Source of the DNA: Trichoplax adhaerens
Lineage: Eukaryota; Animalia; Placozoa
DNA: 64,000 bases
Direction: 5' to 3'
NCBI RefSeq assembly: GCF_000150275.1
Contig: NW_002060944.1
Coordinates: 3,262,152 to 3,326,151, forward strand
Part shown: piece by piece, positions 13,101-26,500 of the stretch
Layout: every line of letters starts with the position of its first letter
How positions within the stretch are numbered: position 1 is the stretch's first letter
Notes under the pieces: model-generated
Told to the model about the DNA's origin: nothing
What the model saw: the letters and a program-made list of their open reading frames with translations, nothing else
Databases searched by the model: none
Translations under genes and position numbers: made by a program

Positions 13101-15303
13101 TGCATCTTAATATTGGTAGGTTATGACGGAAATTTCTAGATTGCCAAAATTACTCTATAATTTCAAGCTATCATTGTAAAATCTATAAAGTATTTTTTGT
13201 AAAGTGAGCAGATTTAAAATAGTGGAACTATAATGAAAATCACTAAGATACTTCATCTTTAAATCATTATAGCAGAACACACATGCTATCCTGTCTGAGT
13301 AAATAAATATATCTAAATATTATCAAGTTATCATAAATTACTCCTAGATTTTTAAGAGTATTCCGTAATATCTAAGTAATCATCGCGAAATCTATCGGAT
13401 AGTTTTCCCAAAGTAAATGCATCATAATAAAGCCAAGATAGAATAAATGACTGCTAGATTAAGTACTATCAAGTCTACTGGACGTCGATGCCTGCGAATC
13501 GAACTTCATGGACTAAATTGAAGTAAATACAATTTACTGATGGCATAAATTACCCGAAATTAAGCTGTGTAAATGTCGATCATCTAAAATCTCCACAACG
13601 TTATCTAAATCATATCCAACGGCCAAGAGTGCTGCTAGCAAAGCACCGCTTCCAGTTCCGGCAAATCTTTTAACATTATAAGCTTCGTTTGTAACTTTCC
13701 ATAGCAGACCAATTTCACTTAACGCCTATATATCCAATGGAAGGAGATAAAAATGAATATTTAATTTCCTTTTTGCATCCTATTTTTGACAGTGTAACCC
13801 TACATGAACCTGGTATGAATTATAAGATCAATAACAAAGTAAGGATTCGTTTCATAGTTAGCTTATTTCATCGATATAGCAATTGCTCGGATCATAGTTA
13901 CCATGTCGCATGTTAAGATTGAAATTAGTTCTGGTAGGGTAGTTAATAAAATAAAGAGAAATGGAAAATCCTAAGTAAATCTCTTTACGGTAATAACTCT
14001 ACGTCGTATACGTGAAAGTATCAAAGGGAAAAGGAAACACCACAGCACTAAGGACGAGTATAAGGCTCAACTCCCACTGCCTCATTCCATCTATAAAAAT
14101 TCTATTTCAGGTCGATGAATAGTATTGTGGAATGTAAAATTAGCATAACCTACGCGATGAAATTCCAGCTACGTTTCTATGTAATGTATCATAAGATTAG
14201 CTAACGAAAAAAGGTTCTACAGTATATAACGGTATAAATAATGCATGCTTATATCTATCGACTAGATAATGTTACTCTACCAAAGATCACAGACATGATA
14301 GAACGATTGAATATAAGAAATGAATTCTATTTATAGTTGACATTTTCGTTCTAGGCATTTGCAATAAATGGTGTACTTTATTTATCCAATTACATTATAT
14401 TGGCAAGAAAGGATTGCTAGATATTCTTAATCATAAGATCAAGATTGGTTTCTTCACTGGTAGCTATTCCTTCCAAAGCATAAGATTTCATTACAGAAAC
14501 TACAGCGTACAGCGTAGAATAACGGAATTTGATCAAATGATGCATCTAAATGCATAATAGAAATAAATACGATGACAGTGCAGTGCCATGCTACTCTTCA
14601 CTAGAACGCCTTCGCATAGCAATCTTTATCATGATAACTAAATTTAGGCTATAAAATAAACGCAAAATGTCGGTAAAAGAAATAATCTATTTTCAGAAAG
14701 GTAAGCTAAGACTAGAGACTACAGAAATTACTGTATATAGCGTAGAGTGGATGGAAATGAAAAGAATGATGATCTCAAAACAGAATAAAAATGAAGTAAT
14801 TACTATTTACTAGAATGTCTCAGTACAACAATCTCTATTATTATAACTACTCTTCAATCTAAAATAAACATAAAATTTCGGCATAAAAATAGTCCATTTC
14901 CAGAAAGGTAAGGAGCGAAGACTCGGTTATAGCTCCATTTCATGAAATGATGAAAAAAATTAGTGTCGGATCAGATTTATCAATTCTAATTTAGAAGATG
15001 ATTTATTTAGAACTTTTCAAAATCCTCACAAAGATTAGAAAAGGCTGTGGTCAAATGCCTTGATTTACATGCTCTTTGATATTATTTTACCTCTAGCGCA
15101 CCAATATAGGCAATAACTTGATTTCCTCCACCACTAAAAACCAGGCCTTCAAGTCCATATTCTTCTCTGCTACTCAATCGTGTTAAAGCTTGCCGTTTAA
15201 TTATTTTCTCTTCTTCATCCCATTTCAAACGTAAGAGTTCACTATATTTATCAGCCATCCTTGAATTATTTAATAAATAGCGCACCCTTTCTTTCTTATT
15301 CAC
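7183..15303 (-). CDS. Patatin-like phospholipase-fold protein with substituted catalytic motifs (probable pseudoenzyme), multi-exon
   Basis: Exon 1 LVFSGGGNQVIAYIGALE; then KRFAGTGSGALLAALLAVGY, VTFKQ/LYSATKVQLCVVVTNL, HPKTTPNVPIHVAVELSM, YIKGGLTCNYPLHAFD/GWWLCM, TLGFLL/YSEDEPE, MGYQRREI, DLVRTVGINS; last exon SGRRGLLAFIK..., stop at 7185-7183. Motif order is that of patatin domains. Some exons between 9 and 10.9 kb are uncertain. Confidence 0.85.
7321..7440. repeat. Inverted repeat/hairpin, 31-bp arms (28/31 complementary) around a 58-bp spacer, in the last intron of the patatin-like gene
   Basis: ttatttgatttacagtattcagtacttttct (7321-7351) versus agaaaagcactgaatactgtaaactaaataa (7410-7440). 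Confidence 0.85.
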
Positions 15304-16169
15304 GTTTACTGCTCAAGATTAAAATAATAAAGTTAGATAGGCCAACGAATAGTATACATAGAATAAATATTGTTAAAAGCCAGCAATTTTTGCTAGGAAA
15401 AAGAGAAGGTCTTGCCTTGTTAAATGAAAATAGGCACGGCCACGGCTCGCAAGTACTTTACTAAGCTTGACAAGTTGATATACACTCATAAGCAAAAAGA
15501 GCATATCACATGCAGGAGCAAAAGCCAATTTTGGCAGTAATCGAAAAATGAACTTGCCGTTAACAGTAAGAACTTCTTATATTGGATACAGTTACTAGCC
15601 TAGTTCAAATTTTCTCATTCTACCTAAATCGATTAGTTAATTCGTTGGTTGATTACGATTAGGAAGCGATCAAATAAAAGAGCTGTAGGTGGTCTTGGTT
15701 AGAATAGAACATTGTTTTTAGTCGACACTGAGCATGGTATGAACACGATATGGTCTAATTCCAATCATAAATGTGTTATAATCAAATTGGCTATAATGGT
15801 TTATGTCGGAGAAGTTGAATTTTACTTGCTTATAATTGTAATAAAACCTATAATCATCTACAGTTATGATACTATCCACATCCACGTAGAAGAGACAAAA
15901 TGATCGATTGACGGCCCAATAGAGGAATGCTTCTCTTTATTTTTGATACCTTTCCTATTGAAAACATTGAAGGAGACTATTAAGAATATTTATGAAATGA
16001 ACAACAGGTGGTCTAACCAATATTAAGTCTACTCTACGTGGAAGATAAAGGTAAAAGGGACACGAGAGTCGTCGTTAATGATTATATTTGTTTTTCGATA
16101 ACATCAGCTATCCAGTTTTGATCATGCTTGTACTAGTACCTGATAGAAGGACTTTTCTGTTAAGTTATC

Positions 16170-17230
16170 TAGCAAGGAAATTTCTCCTGATTAATTAATT
16201 GTGCCGAAGTTAGACTTTTATAGGCATTACAGTAGAAAAAAAAATCAATGTAATCCTATGATACCAAGTTCTAGATGTGAATATTGCAGCTGGTTAACTA
16301 ATTAATTATGTTTGTTATGCATGGGTTTCCTCACTATGTCCTAATGAGATCTAGATATATTTCTACTATATTGTTTAGAAGAAAGTTTTCAAGTAGTTAT
16401 CAAATTTGCATAGACAGAACTGTATAGATTTACAGCTACAGCGTCGCCGTAAGGGAAATATGAACTTGATTTTGCATGGTTGCAAAAAGGACATTAGCTA
16501 TACATAAGTTTAGCTTCTATATGATTGTTATTAATTATGATAACGGAGGACCACTCATGTTTGCAATAGCTTATTAACGATCAAATTTCGATTGGTATCC
16601 TAATTATTCATAGATTGAACTCTATAACTATACCTCATCTGCAGTTACAATATCGGACAGTTTAATATAGTTTCAATGTGGCTGCAAAGAGTAAGTTAGC
16701 CATGAATAATGAAATTCTATGCATATGTAATTACGATAATAAGGCATGGAATAATCTATCCTTACAAGGATATTAAATGGAAATTTCGACGGGTTAGGTA
16801 ATTAAGTATAAGTTGAACTCCTGTCTTTGTGAGTGCAATTACGGAGTTTAACGAGAAATTTCCTGCCGATAAACTAATTAATACATAAGATTGAGCTTTG
16901 CATATCTGTATAAGTATGATAACGTAAAGACCATTATATTTTCTACTAGATTACAAAGGAGAAATTTTTTCCGGAAGGTAATTGACTATAGTTTAAATTT
17001 TTGCATAGATTGAGCTTTCCATATGTTCATTAGTATGATAAAGTAAAGACCACTATACATATAAAAAAGAATATTTTCATTTCTGCAGGAAATTGCCTGT
17101 AGTTTAAATTCTTTTTGTATCTTTACGGATGTGATAAAGAAGGAGCCCTCCAGTTGTTATGTATCTATCACGTTATAACGAAGAAAAAATTTTCACTGGT
17201 TAATTAATTGAGCATAAATTGATTTTTTTG
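16170..17230. repeat. Highly degenerate intergenic tandem repeat (clearest period 119 bp)
   Basis: agattgagcttt.catat....agtatgataa.gtaaagacca.tata at ~16888 and ~17007, with a weaker copy at ~16508. Recurrent gaaattt...taatt.a motif at ~16178, 16780, 16855, 16961 and 17188. Confidence 0.6.
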
Positions 17231-17490
17231 CCTCCGTATACTATCACACTAATAAAAGATAAGCTCGATTATAAATCTGAAAATTGAAAGAAATGGATTA
17301 TTTTATTAAAAGAATGAATTAAATAAAAGGTACTATCCAACAACAAATGCACATCAGATGTGTAAAAAATTTTTACAAAGAATGTAATGCATCCATTCAT
17401 GTATGGGTTATTGCAAGTAACTTAAATAATAATTTAGGGGTGCAGATAATTTATAAAATTAAACACTGCGCTATTCTCCGATCTTTTATG

Positions 17491-20201
17491 TTAAATAGAA
17501 ACCATCTCATTCATTTCATGGATGAGACCACATTCTTTACCATGCGAAACAAGTAAAATTTCCTTTGCCTAATTCAAATAAGGTATTTAATCCTTTTAGG
17601 AAATAACTGATATAAGTAATGAATAATCAAATTGAACTACCTTTCCTAGAGACTTTACAGCTTCTCCAAATTTACCCAAATAACATTCTAACTTTCCTTG
17701 CTTCATAAGATGAACTCCAGTTACCGGATAATAGCGAGGATATAATCTGCAATAAGGTTCCTCTAGTCTTCTTGCATATTCTAGAGCTTCCTCATAACGT
17801 TGTGATTCTATGTAAGCATCCATTAAATTTTCAATGATGCGAATATATAACATATTACATTCTCCTAGGCGTTGCTTTCCTTCGATGAACAATTTCTTTA
17901 AATCTGTAGATGAATATTATAAGATTAAACGATGATCAATAGATAAATCTCTATCCACAATATGATACGTCATACGATTCTAATTGTGTGCGTGAACAAC
18001 TTAAATGTCGATACCTTCTAATTTCGCTTGTTGATAACCTAGACTGATAGTCTTATTAATTTGAGCCTGAAAATTTTCGATTTCGGCAAAAAATGACTGA
18101 TCGACGATAGATCCACATTCAGGGCATAATTTGTTAGCAAGTAGCGAATCTAAAGAACTAGCAGCTTTGCATATCTTCTTTGGGCAACGCACTGAATCCA
18201 TTAAATTATTACAGGAATCCTAAAATAGAAGTCGATATAATCTATATTAATAGCTCATAAATTTGAAGCTGACGCAATAAAATCCATCCTGGTTAATCGT
18301 ATTGATCATAACATAAAACTGACCTTGGTAGTATCTATACATCTCTCGCAAATACACTTAAAACAATATTGTGATTGAAGCTGATTTTGTCTGCTACTGA
18401 GAACTTGCATTGGATCAATATAACTAATAAGCAGCTGTCATGAAGTAATGGATACAAAGTCAGGAAATATTCAATGTTCGTTATCGGAATGTAACAATTT
18501 ACCAATTATTTCTAACTCAGTAATTATATTCTTGACTTATGTAGTTACTTTCTATATACCTCATCTCCTATTTTAGTGTTTTCGATGATGCGTAGTTGCA
18601 TTTGCTTTCCTCGAAAGGTGGCAGAACAGTTTGGAGAGCACGAATGATTTACTAGTGATAACCTATAGTAAAATGGTATAATAAGCTTTGAAAATTATAA
18701 TTTTGGATGTCCCTTACTTTTTGCATACAATTCAAGCAATTTCAGTAGTCACAAAAGATTTAATCCTATTTAAGACCGAGTTGTCCACTTTTTGGATAAA
18801 AATATTTAGATAGCGAATAAAATACAGTATAGTTTAACCTACCCCGGATAAACTCCAATTCCAACAGTTTGCATCTCTGAGTTGCATATTGTAAAGGTAT
18901 TGCAAGTTACCTATGGTATATGGAAATGGCCAATGAAATTACAACGTTATCACGAGGAATTTCTGACGTCAACATCACCTTACAAGCATTATTAAATAGT
19001 AAGAGCATTCGATATACAGAAAGAATTCCATTTTTAACCCTACCCTACTAATAATTTCAATAATTTCATTTTCGTTTATGGCAACTTTATTTGATAAGTA
19101 CTCTTTTAATAAATTAATACCATCAACAATGGTATTTTTCCTGCTTCCTTCTAGTAGTTCTCTATCTACGAAAAGGAGTGAGTCATTTAGTAATTTAAAT
19201 AACAAGGCAAAATTTATCCTAAATATGCATATTTATCTCTATAGAGTTATTAGTACGTAGAAAGATGTCCACATTTGCAAGTCGTACCATTCACGAGTTT
19301 TAATGTATGGAAACTTACTCTCATGTTAAATACAACAAAAGATTAAATTACCGTAGTTAAGGTTCCTGTTTCATACTTACTAGATAATAAAAATTTAAAT
19401 TGGTCTGCTCGATCTTGTCCTTGTAAAATTGTATAAGCAACCCGACCTAACAATCGAATACTATCAGGTGGGACTTTAGGGCCAAGACGCGTAATTGATT
19501 TGCACTCATATTTATGCCATTGCCAATCTTCCTTCTGTAATCAGAGCAGCAAGTATACGTATGCATCACATCTATTACTTTTATTATTTTGCGTTTGCAA
19601 TTATACATTAGAATAGCCTAGTTGCAAATATTCACAACACTGTAGTAGATTGGTACTGAGTAGAACTTCCATGATTTTATTATGACCTTTAGTATACGTG
19701 ATTACTATTCGCATACTGCAAATCGACACCTTAAAAATTGAAGTGATGTATTACTGATAAATAGATACCTCTAAAACTTAATGGGGGCGTACCTGACAAC
19801 TTTTACAGCAATACATGATGATTTTGCACCTGCTACATTTATATAATTCTGATTGCCTGTTCAGAAAATAGAATCACAATTAACATCTTTCCAATTAGAA
19901 TGAAGAATACACACGTAATTTATAGCAATCTATCGTCCCATCCAAACAGCTTGTTTATGCATTTATTGCTACAAGATCAAGTCTTGATTGTTAACAGTCT
20001 CATACTCAAACCTGTCACTTACATTAAAAGACAAGAATGGCAATAACTCGATAGCATATCTTGGCTAACGACATGACAAAATGGGTTCTCCTTGCCTACT
20101 GAGGTTCCAATCGCTAATTGCTTCTTGCATCTTATCCCTCGTCCTTTCTCGTATGTTTCAAAAATTTCCACGTTATCACTCCAAGATTGGAAGTAAGCCA
20201 T
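17491..20201 (-). CDS. SMYD3: SET and MYND domain lysine methyltransferase (SMYD2/3-like), multi-exon
   Basis: KGRGIRCKKQLAIG (S-sequence); MYND CHSC..CSRCKIIMYCCKSCQKEDWQWHKYEC; CNTFTICNSEMQTVGIGVYP; NHSCSPN; DELLISYID; post-SET QYCFKCICERC; TPR-like C-terminus (YPRYYPVTGVHLMKQGKL). The 3' end and exact paralog identity are less certain. Confidence 0.9.
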
Positions 20202-20702
20202 AACGATCAAGCTACTACGACAGGCCTATTGCAACATCAGTGTTATTCAAGCTAAGTAGCGGTGGTTTTAATGATTCGAAATTGATTTCTGCCTTGAAGG
20301 AATGCCAGAAAGAGATGCAGTTTACATGGGAGGTGTCCATCACCTTAGTAACCCTAGCCAACGTTAGCCTGTAGTATAGCTTTTCATACGGTAGTTGTAA
20401 CGTTATAGTGTAGTATATAGTTTAGTAGTAATCTTGAGGTACTATATTGCACGACATGCACAACAGCAAGCTATACACTTAGACTATTGACTGAGCAGTT
20501 AATAGTATATACTGTTATCTTATGGACTATACGGTACAGTATACTGCCACGGCATCTCATGAGGGTAGTGGTATCACTGTCTGTACGTCTGTACCCTCAG
20601 ACCAGCCTCGCTTTCTTCTCCAAGCTAGCTGCATCAATGGTGGGCCTAGTTTATTACAAGGCCTTTTCCTTCTCGTAATCAGTTGGGAAAACGAGTTATA
20701 CC

Positions 20703-21416
20703 ATGTTAAGATTATTAAGTATCAATAGTTTAAGTATCCCTTGTTATCGTATGGTAACAGGAGCAATTGCAACTCGATATAGGCCTTATAGTAACGATCT
20801 TGATTTGATCCAATTGCTACAAAATCAACAAGCTGCCGAAAAGGATGCTAGCCAGCAAAAGAACGATGAAGATCAATCCAATAACATATCTGATTTATTA
20901 GCATCCATGAAAGTTGATAGAACTACCAGTAGTTACGATATTACACCAGAATTTTTAGCTCAAACTGCTGCTTTAGCTAAATTAGAAAAGGAACTTCAGT
21001 CACCTGCGCCATCAGAAGAAAAACTTGTAGGACAAGAAGAGAAGCTTGTAGAGCAAGAAAAGAAGCTTGTAGAGCAAGAAAAGAAGCTTGTAGGGCAAGA
21101 GGAGAAGTTCTTAGGGCAAAAAGAAAAGCTAGTAGGAGAGGAGCAGGCAGGAAAACAAGAAGAAGTGAAGCAAAAAACAGAGCAAATTCAAAGCCAACCT
21201 GTACGCAATGTCATCAATCGTAAAGAGGAAATCTTAAAAGCATTTCAAGATGTCGCGAATTGGATACCAAATTACAATAATGAAATTCAAGATGTCTCCC
21301 AATATAATCATCTCCTGCAGTACGTTGTAATCAATTTCTGCCTGCTAAATAATGATCGCCTAGCCAAGAAATTCTCTTACTACTTGATTAATATAGACAA
21401 TAAACAACATACTTAA
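20703..21416 (+). CDS. Hypothetical protein (237-codon open exon), Glu/Gln/Lys-rich with internal heptad repeat; true 5' end uncertain
   Basis: Longest ORF in this AT-rich window; in-frame 7-aa repeats; divergent from SMYD. Confidence 0.7.
   Translation: MLRLLSINSLSIPCYRMVTGAIATRYRPYSNDLDLIQLLQNQQAAEKDASQQKNDEDQSNNISDLLASMKVDRTTSSYDITPEFLAQTAALAKLEKELQSPAPSEEKLVGQEEKLVEQEKKLVEQEKKLVGQEEKFLGQKEKLVGEEQAGKQEEVKQKTEQIQSQPVRNVINRKEEILKAFQDVANWIPNYNNEIQDVSQYNHLLQYVVINFCLLNNDRLAKKFSYYLINIDNKQHT
21015..21140 (+). repeat. Coding minisatellite, 6 x 21 bp (consensus E-E/K-K-L-V-G/E-Q)
   Basis: gaagaaaaacttgtaggacaa / gaagagaagcttgtagagcaa / gaaaagaagcttgtagagcaa / gaaaagaagcttgtagggcaa / gaggagaagttcttagggcaa / aaagaaaagctagtaggagag. 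Confidence 0.95.
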
Positions 21417-21610
21417 CTCTCCGCTAGTAGGAGTTCAACTGACCATTACAATATCAAAAATAGCTAATTTATTTTCTTTTTGCCATCATGCTTTATAGTG
21501 AAATATTCCATACCGATAAACTAACCTCGAAGGAGACCGGTAAGAACACATTAACATAATTACGACTTAAAGTGATTTGTATCACTATTAAAATCGTTCT
21601 GTCTATCAGA

Positions 21611-22472
21611 TCAGCAATATTTACACTCAACTCCTATCGAAAACATTTCGTGATTGATTGTCCAACAGTTTACGTACACCTATCGATAACATGCAATTAG
21701 GATTAGCTGCTGCACTACTACCAATTAGTTATAGCAAATTACCACACGGGTACCTACCCATAGTACCTCGGTTTTGGTAGTTATGATGTAAATAAACTGG
21801 TACCAGTCTGGATTTGTGTGTATTGGAGGCTTAGTGACTCTAATCTTATTGTCGACAGTAAATTTTAACTAGTAATCGTTTCAGCACTTAACTTAACCTG
21901 ACAAATGTCCTCATAACAAACCATTAACTGTATTTCAGACACGCCACCTAAAGTTAAGTCAGCTGGAAATGTGGCTAGTAATAAATCTACGATATCACTA
22001 GGAAGCGGCGACGGGCCCAGACTAAGTAAGTAATTGTGGCTATCTTTTCTGACTCGTGCATAATGCTGGTATTAATAACTAACCAGGTCTCTTTGTACTA
22101 TGCGATTTCAATCAGAACGACACTACTAATTAGACTAATTTTTAGTACAGTTCTGTGCAGGAGTAGAGACTTTTAATATTGAATAGTGTAAATAGATAGA
22201 TACGTTTATCTTTCTATCATTTAGCTGCAGAAGTAATGTCTTGTCACATATGTTCCAACTATACATATGAGCACAGTATCTTAGCTTATCTAAAACAGCA
22301 TCCATTGGTGGGTGGCCATTATAATTACTATGCAATATCATATTTTCTACCAAGTTTTCGAAAAATTCCAGCTGTCGTAACTTGCTAACCACGTCGATTT
22401 GAAACTGATAAAAAATTATAGATGTTTTCTCCAACAACCCAACCAAAGTTAAACTTGCGGCAAAATATATAT
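21611..22472 (-). CDS. Unidentified multi-exon gene (3' exons; start not located)
   Basis: Phase-compatible GT-AG exons: ...HYARVRKDSHNYLLSLGPSPLPSDIVDLLLATFPADLTLGGVSEIQLMVCYEDICQ | LKFTVDNKIRVTKPPIHTNPDWYQFIYIITTKTE | VYVNCWTINHEMFSIGVECKYC* (stop 21613-21611), preceded by the 103-codon open frame at 22135-22446. Confidence 0.5.
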
Positions 22473-23550
22473 CTGCATTTAAGGTAGTTACAACAATTTA
22501 AAGTTCGTTTGCGGTTAGAATGCTTTAGATGTATTGATTATTATGAACTCTGTATTCCTAAATATTGCTCTTTTGACGAATTTTAGCATGCTAATAACAA
22601 ATCCATTCGAGAATTGCGTAGCCAAATTAGACCCATCAATGGATATACTAAATTATTGGATAATAGTAACAAAGAGTGGAAGTTTCCGATCAATAACGAA
22701 GATGCCAAAAGGTAGTATATTCTCATCTTTTTTTAGCATTTTTACATTCTTTTGCTTGAATATATGATATCTTAAAGAAACCCTCTATCTCTATGAATAT
22801 CAAAGTGACGAAAAGAACGTTTCCTTCGATCAACATACACACTTGCAACACCATCTTAATGACTTTCCCAACATTGGTAATGAAAACTAGATCAGTATAA
22901 AGAAAATTTTTTCTTTATAATATAAGCTCTATTTCATGCTATGAAGTTCATAGCAATACTATACTGATAAATTTCGTAATAACAAGTAATAACAAATCAT
23001 GATGTCGCGTACAAGTCTTCTGATTTTATATATGTCAACATTTTGCAGGTTCCGTACGTCATTTTGCTAGCTTAATTATTACTGGCTTACAGCAAAACCC
23101 TCATTTATCTGTTGCAGAAAAAGTGAAGCATATTAATTGGTATAAAAAATTCTTCCTAAAAAAGCAAGATGAACTGCAATAAAATCACGGTATTTTATTT
23201 TCTGTATCTTGCAAGAGTAATACGTCACGGGTTTCGCTTAAAATTATACATAAAAGAAACCGAATGTACACATGACAAATATTAACTTGTAACGTTGTAT
23301 GTGCAAACTACAACTGTAATCATAAACTGAAAACAGTAAACTAAATAAAAAATAAAAGAGAAATGAATGCAAATTCTTTAATTGACTTCCACAACACAAA
23401 ATATCTTACATTAAGTACCCTCAATAAGGTAACTCGAATGTTCCGAGCTGAAATGAACACTTAACAACAAAATGAGAGAGATGACCAAATGCTCGTATTT
23501 ATCTGGAGGTCAAACTATTCTTTATGAACTTTTAAGTCATACAAATATTC

Positions 23551-26500
23551 CTAGGAATCATCATTCATCAGTCCTTGCAGATAATTGATCAGCTCATCAC
23601 AGTATCTACAAGACAAGAGAAATATGATATTAAGGACATGAAAATACTAGCTGGTACTTCAGCTATACAACAATGTGAAAATGATTGTATGAATATGCTC
23701 AATTACGTTCGAACACGGTGTTTATGATGAACTTGTTCGACTTGTTCTTTAAGTAGCGATGGATGTAGCTTGCCTCCACATTTAAGAATCTCCAATACTA
23801 TTTCCTGTTCCATAGGGTATAGTTAGCTCTTGATGATTTATCATTTTACAATAATTAACCAGTAGCATAAACACAAAATAAAACCTGAATTTTGGGATAA
23901 GGATCATCAAGGTGTATCAACAATCCATTATAGATGGCTTTTAAGTGTGCGCTATACAAAGATTGATTGTACGGCGACGGAAATGAACTGCAAAATTCGA
24001 ATTGTAAATGTAAAACATTGTACAGTAGAACATATTACATTTCTAAAATGACAATGTTACACTAACCTGAAATAAGTAATCCAAGTCTTACCAACAACAA
24101 CTCGAATCTCGTTGTTGTTATCGTCTAATCGCTTAAGTAAATCCGGATACAGATTATGAAGAGCGTCCGCTACATAGAGAAAAAGAAATGATAAATGGAT
24201 CTATTTGAAGCAATACATCAACCAATAATATAATTAATCAATAGCCACATATAGTACTGTATTATTTTATGTATTACCGTCTAACTTTGTTTCACAAATC
24301 TGTAGTAATTTGTGAAGGACTTTACATGAAATAAGGCGAGTTGATTGGTTGTCATCGTCAATACAAGATTTAACCTATCAAATAAAAATTAAGGCCAAAA
24401 TAAATAGACTTTTGTTAACAATTTTAGTTACTATTACAACGCTAATTAACATTAGTTTTCCTTACTTTTGTTAAAATTTCATCTAAAAGATCAGATAGTT
24501 GCTCATAAGTAGCTAATCCACTTTGTAATAAAGCCCATAAACAGGACATAGCAGCAGTTCTCATAGCCGCAGCAGCTCTTTAATTAAGTTGACGATAAAG
24601 AAATTGTAAGAGTGGCGAGATGCATTCATTAGCATGCAATAAAATTTTCTGTGTAATATAGCTACCTTCCAGCTTTCCACACACAATTGCTGATAATCGC
24701 ATCAGCAATGACTCCTTCAATATACATAATAAAAGTACCCTCCGAATTAAGTGTCATGTTTGCGTTAACCAAAAGATTGGAAAATAACGTAAAAAATCTA
24801 AAATAGAGAAATCAAAATTAGGCGCTGTTATTGGGACAACTGAAAAAATACTGTACTACAGTACTCAAAACATTATAGGAATCCATACTTGAGTCGGAGC
24901 TCCGGGTCCTTTTCAGGATTTAGATTGGATATTAATATCGGAATAGCTATATCTAACATTTGACCAACAACTGGCCCAGAACTTCTTAGCAAACATTCAA
25001 ACACGTAGCGTTCAGGAGAGCTACTCACCCAAATGCCATGATCACCCTATATACAATATTTAAACAATTTAATTCTTTATAGTAATCTATCTACTAATTA
25101 AAACGCAGTTTTTGCGTTCAGAAAGTATTGTTCAACAGATAACAAAGCATAGTACCTTAAGCTCCGTTAATAAATCTCTCATGAACAATTTGTATAAATG
25201 TAACCGGTCATTCGTTTCATAACAACTTGCTAACTCCGACAAAGTCTCCTCAATCTGCAGTGCGTAATAATAAATGTGTAAAAATAGTCGATTTACATTA
25301 ATTAATTAGAGACTATCGCTTCAATGTACCTGATTATGGAGACCTTCATTCGATTGTAGCGCCAAGATGTATATCAATATTTTAAATAGGTCTTTACAAT
25401 ACGGCTTACAATTAATGCCAGCATTCGTTATGATTGCTTTAACAATATGTAATAATTGGATTTGACAGGGCAATAGTTCTGTCATGCAAATATCACGGTG
25501 GCATAAGGTAGAACAAATAGTCTATTCCACAAAAGCGAAACATGTACAGTATGTCAGAATTGCAAATGGCGTACTTAAATAGTAAATAAAATGACCTGAA
25601 GATGAGAGGATAACTTTTCTGTATCACATTCTTTTAACATGGCTGCAAAAACTCTAAGACAGCTTCCTAATGAAGATGCCGTTGCAGTAGCTCCTCCACC
25701 GCCACTAGCACTTTTAATGGCGTTTAATACTAGTTTGACGAATATGTCAGGATGTACGTGTTTACCAACGACTGTTGCACAGCTCTCCGACTAAAAAATT
25801 ATATAAAGAACAAAAAAATATTAAAAATACGACTAACAAATGAAATAGTTGAAAATAGAGCAGCGTTCATAGCATTAACCTGATCAGCAACTACTTTTTC
25901 ATCATCTTGGCATGCCTTGTAAAGTCCGGGCAATAAACTTCCGATATGTTGAGTTACGTGATCTTCCGCATGGATCAATAAGACATGCAAAAGAGCGGTA
26001 CTCTATTCATTATTATAAGGAAAGTTATACAAGGGCGAACAACGTAATTTATAGCTTATGATATAGCTTATACGTAAACATATCTCTAAACTAAAATACC
26101 TTTATACGTGATATAACAGTCCAATCAGCGGCATCACGTAGCAATGCTGGTAAAATTTTTGAGAAATTACGCTGTACCAGCACTCTGCATCCAAGGCGTG
26201 GTCTACTTGCACCTGTGGAATCAGATTTAAATCAACGTGAGATTTCTTAAAGGTAGAAAATTTTCGTAGTAATCATGATCTAATGATTGGTTACGTTCAC
26301 TAACTGGATAGAGTAGGATTTTCGTAATCTAATTGATCTTTCAGTTCTTCCTCATTCTCTTTTTCGTATTGTTCTCCAACCTAGAGATGACCAGTGTATG
26401 TTCAAGGTAGCTTTATTACTCAAAAAATCAACTTAATTAAACCTGTCTTCTTTTACTGTAAGTAATCGTTACCTTATCGTAGAGCTTTTTCCCTAGTTCA

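Noticed and set aside
21900-22070. Faint resemblance of LPSDIVDLLL segment to the OAS C-terminal LPPxYALELL motif
   Set aside because: Too few matching residues and no nucleotidyltransferase GS/DxD motif found upstream.
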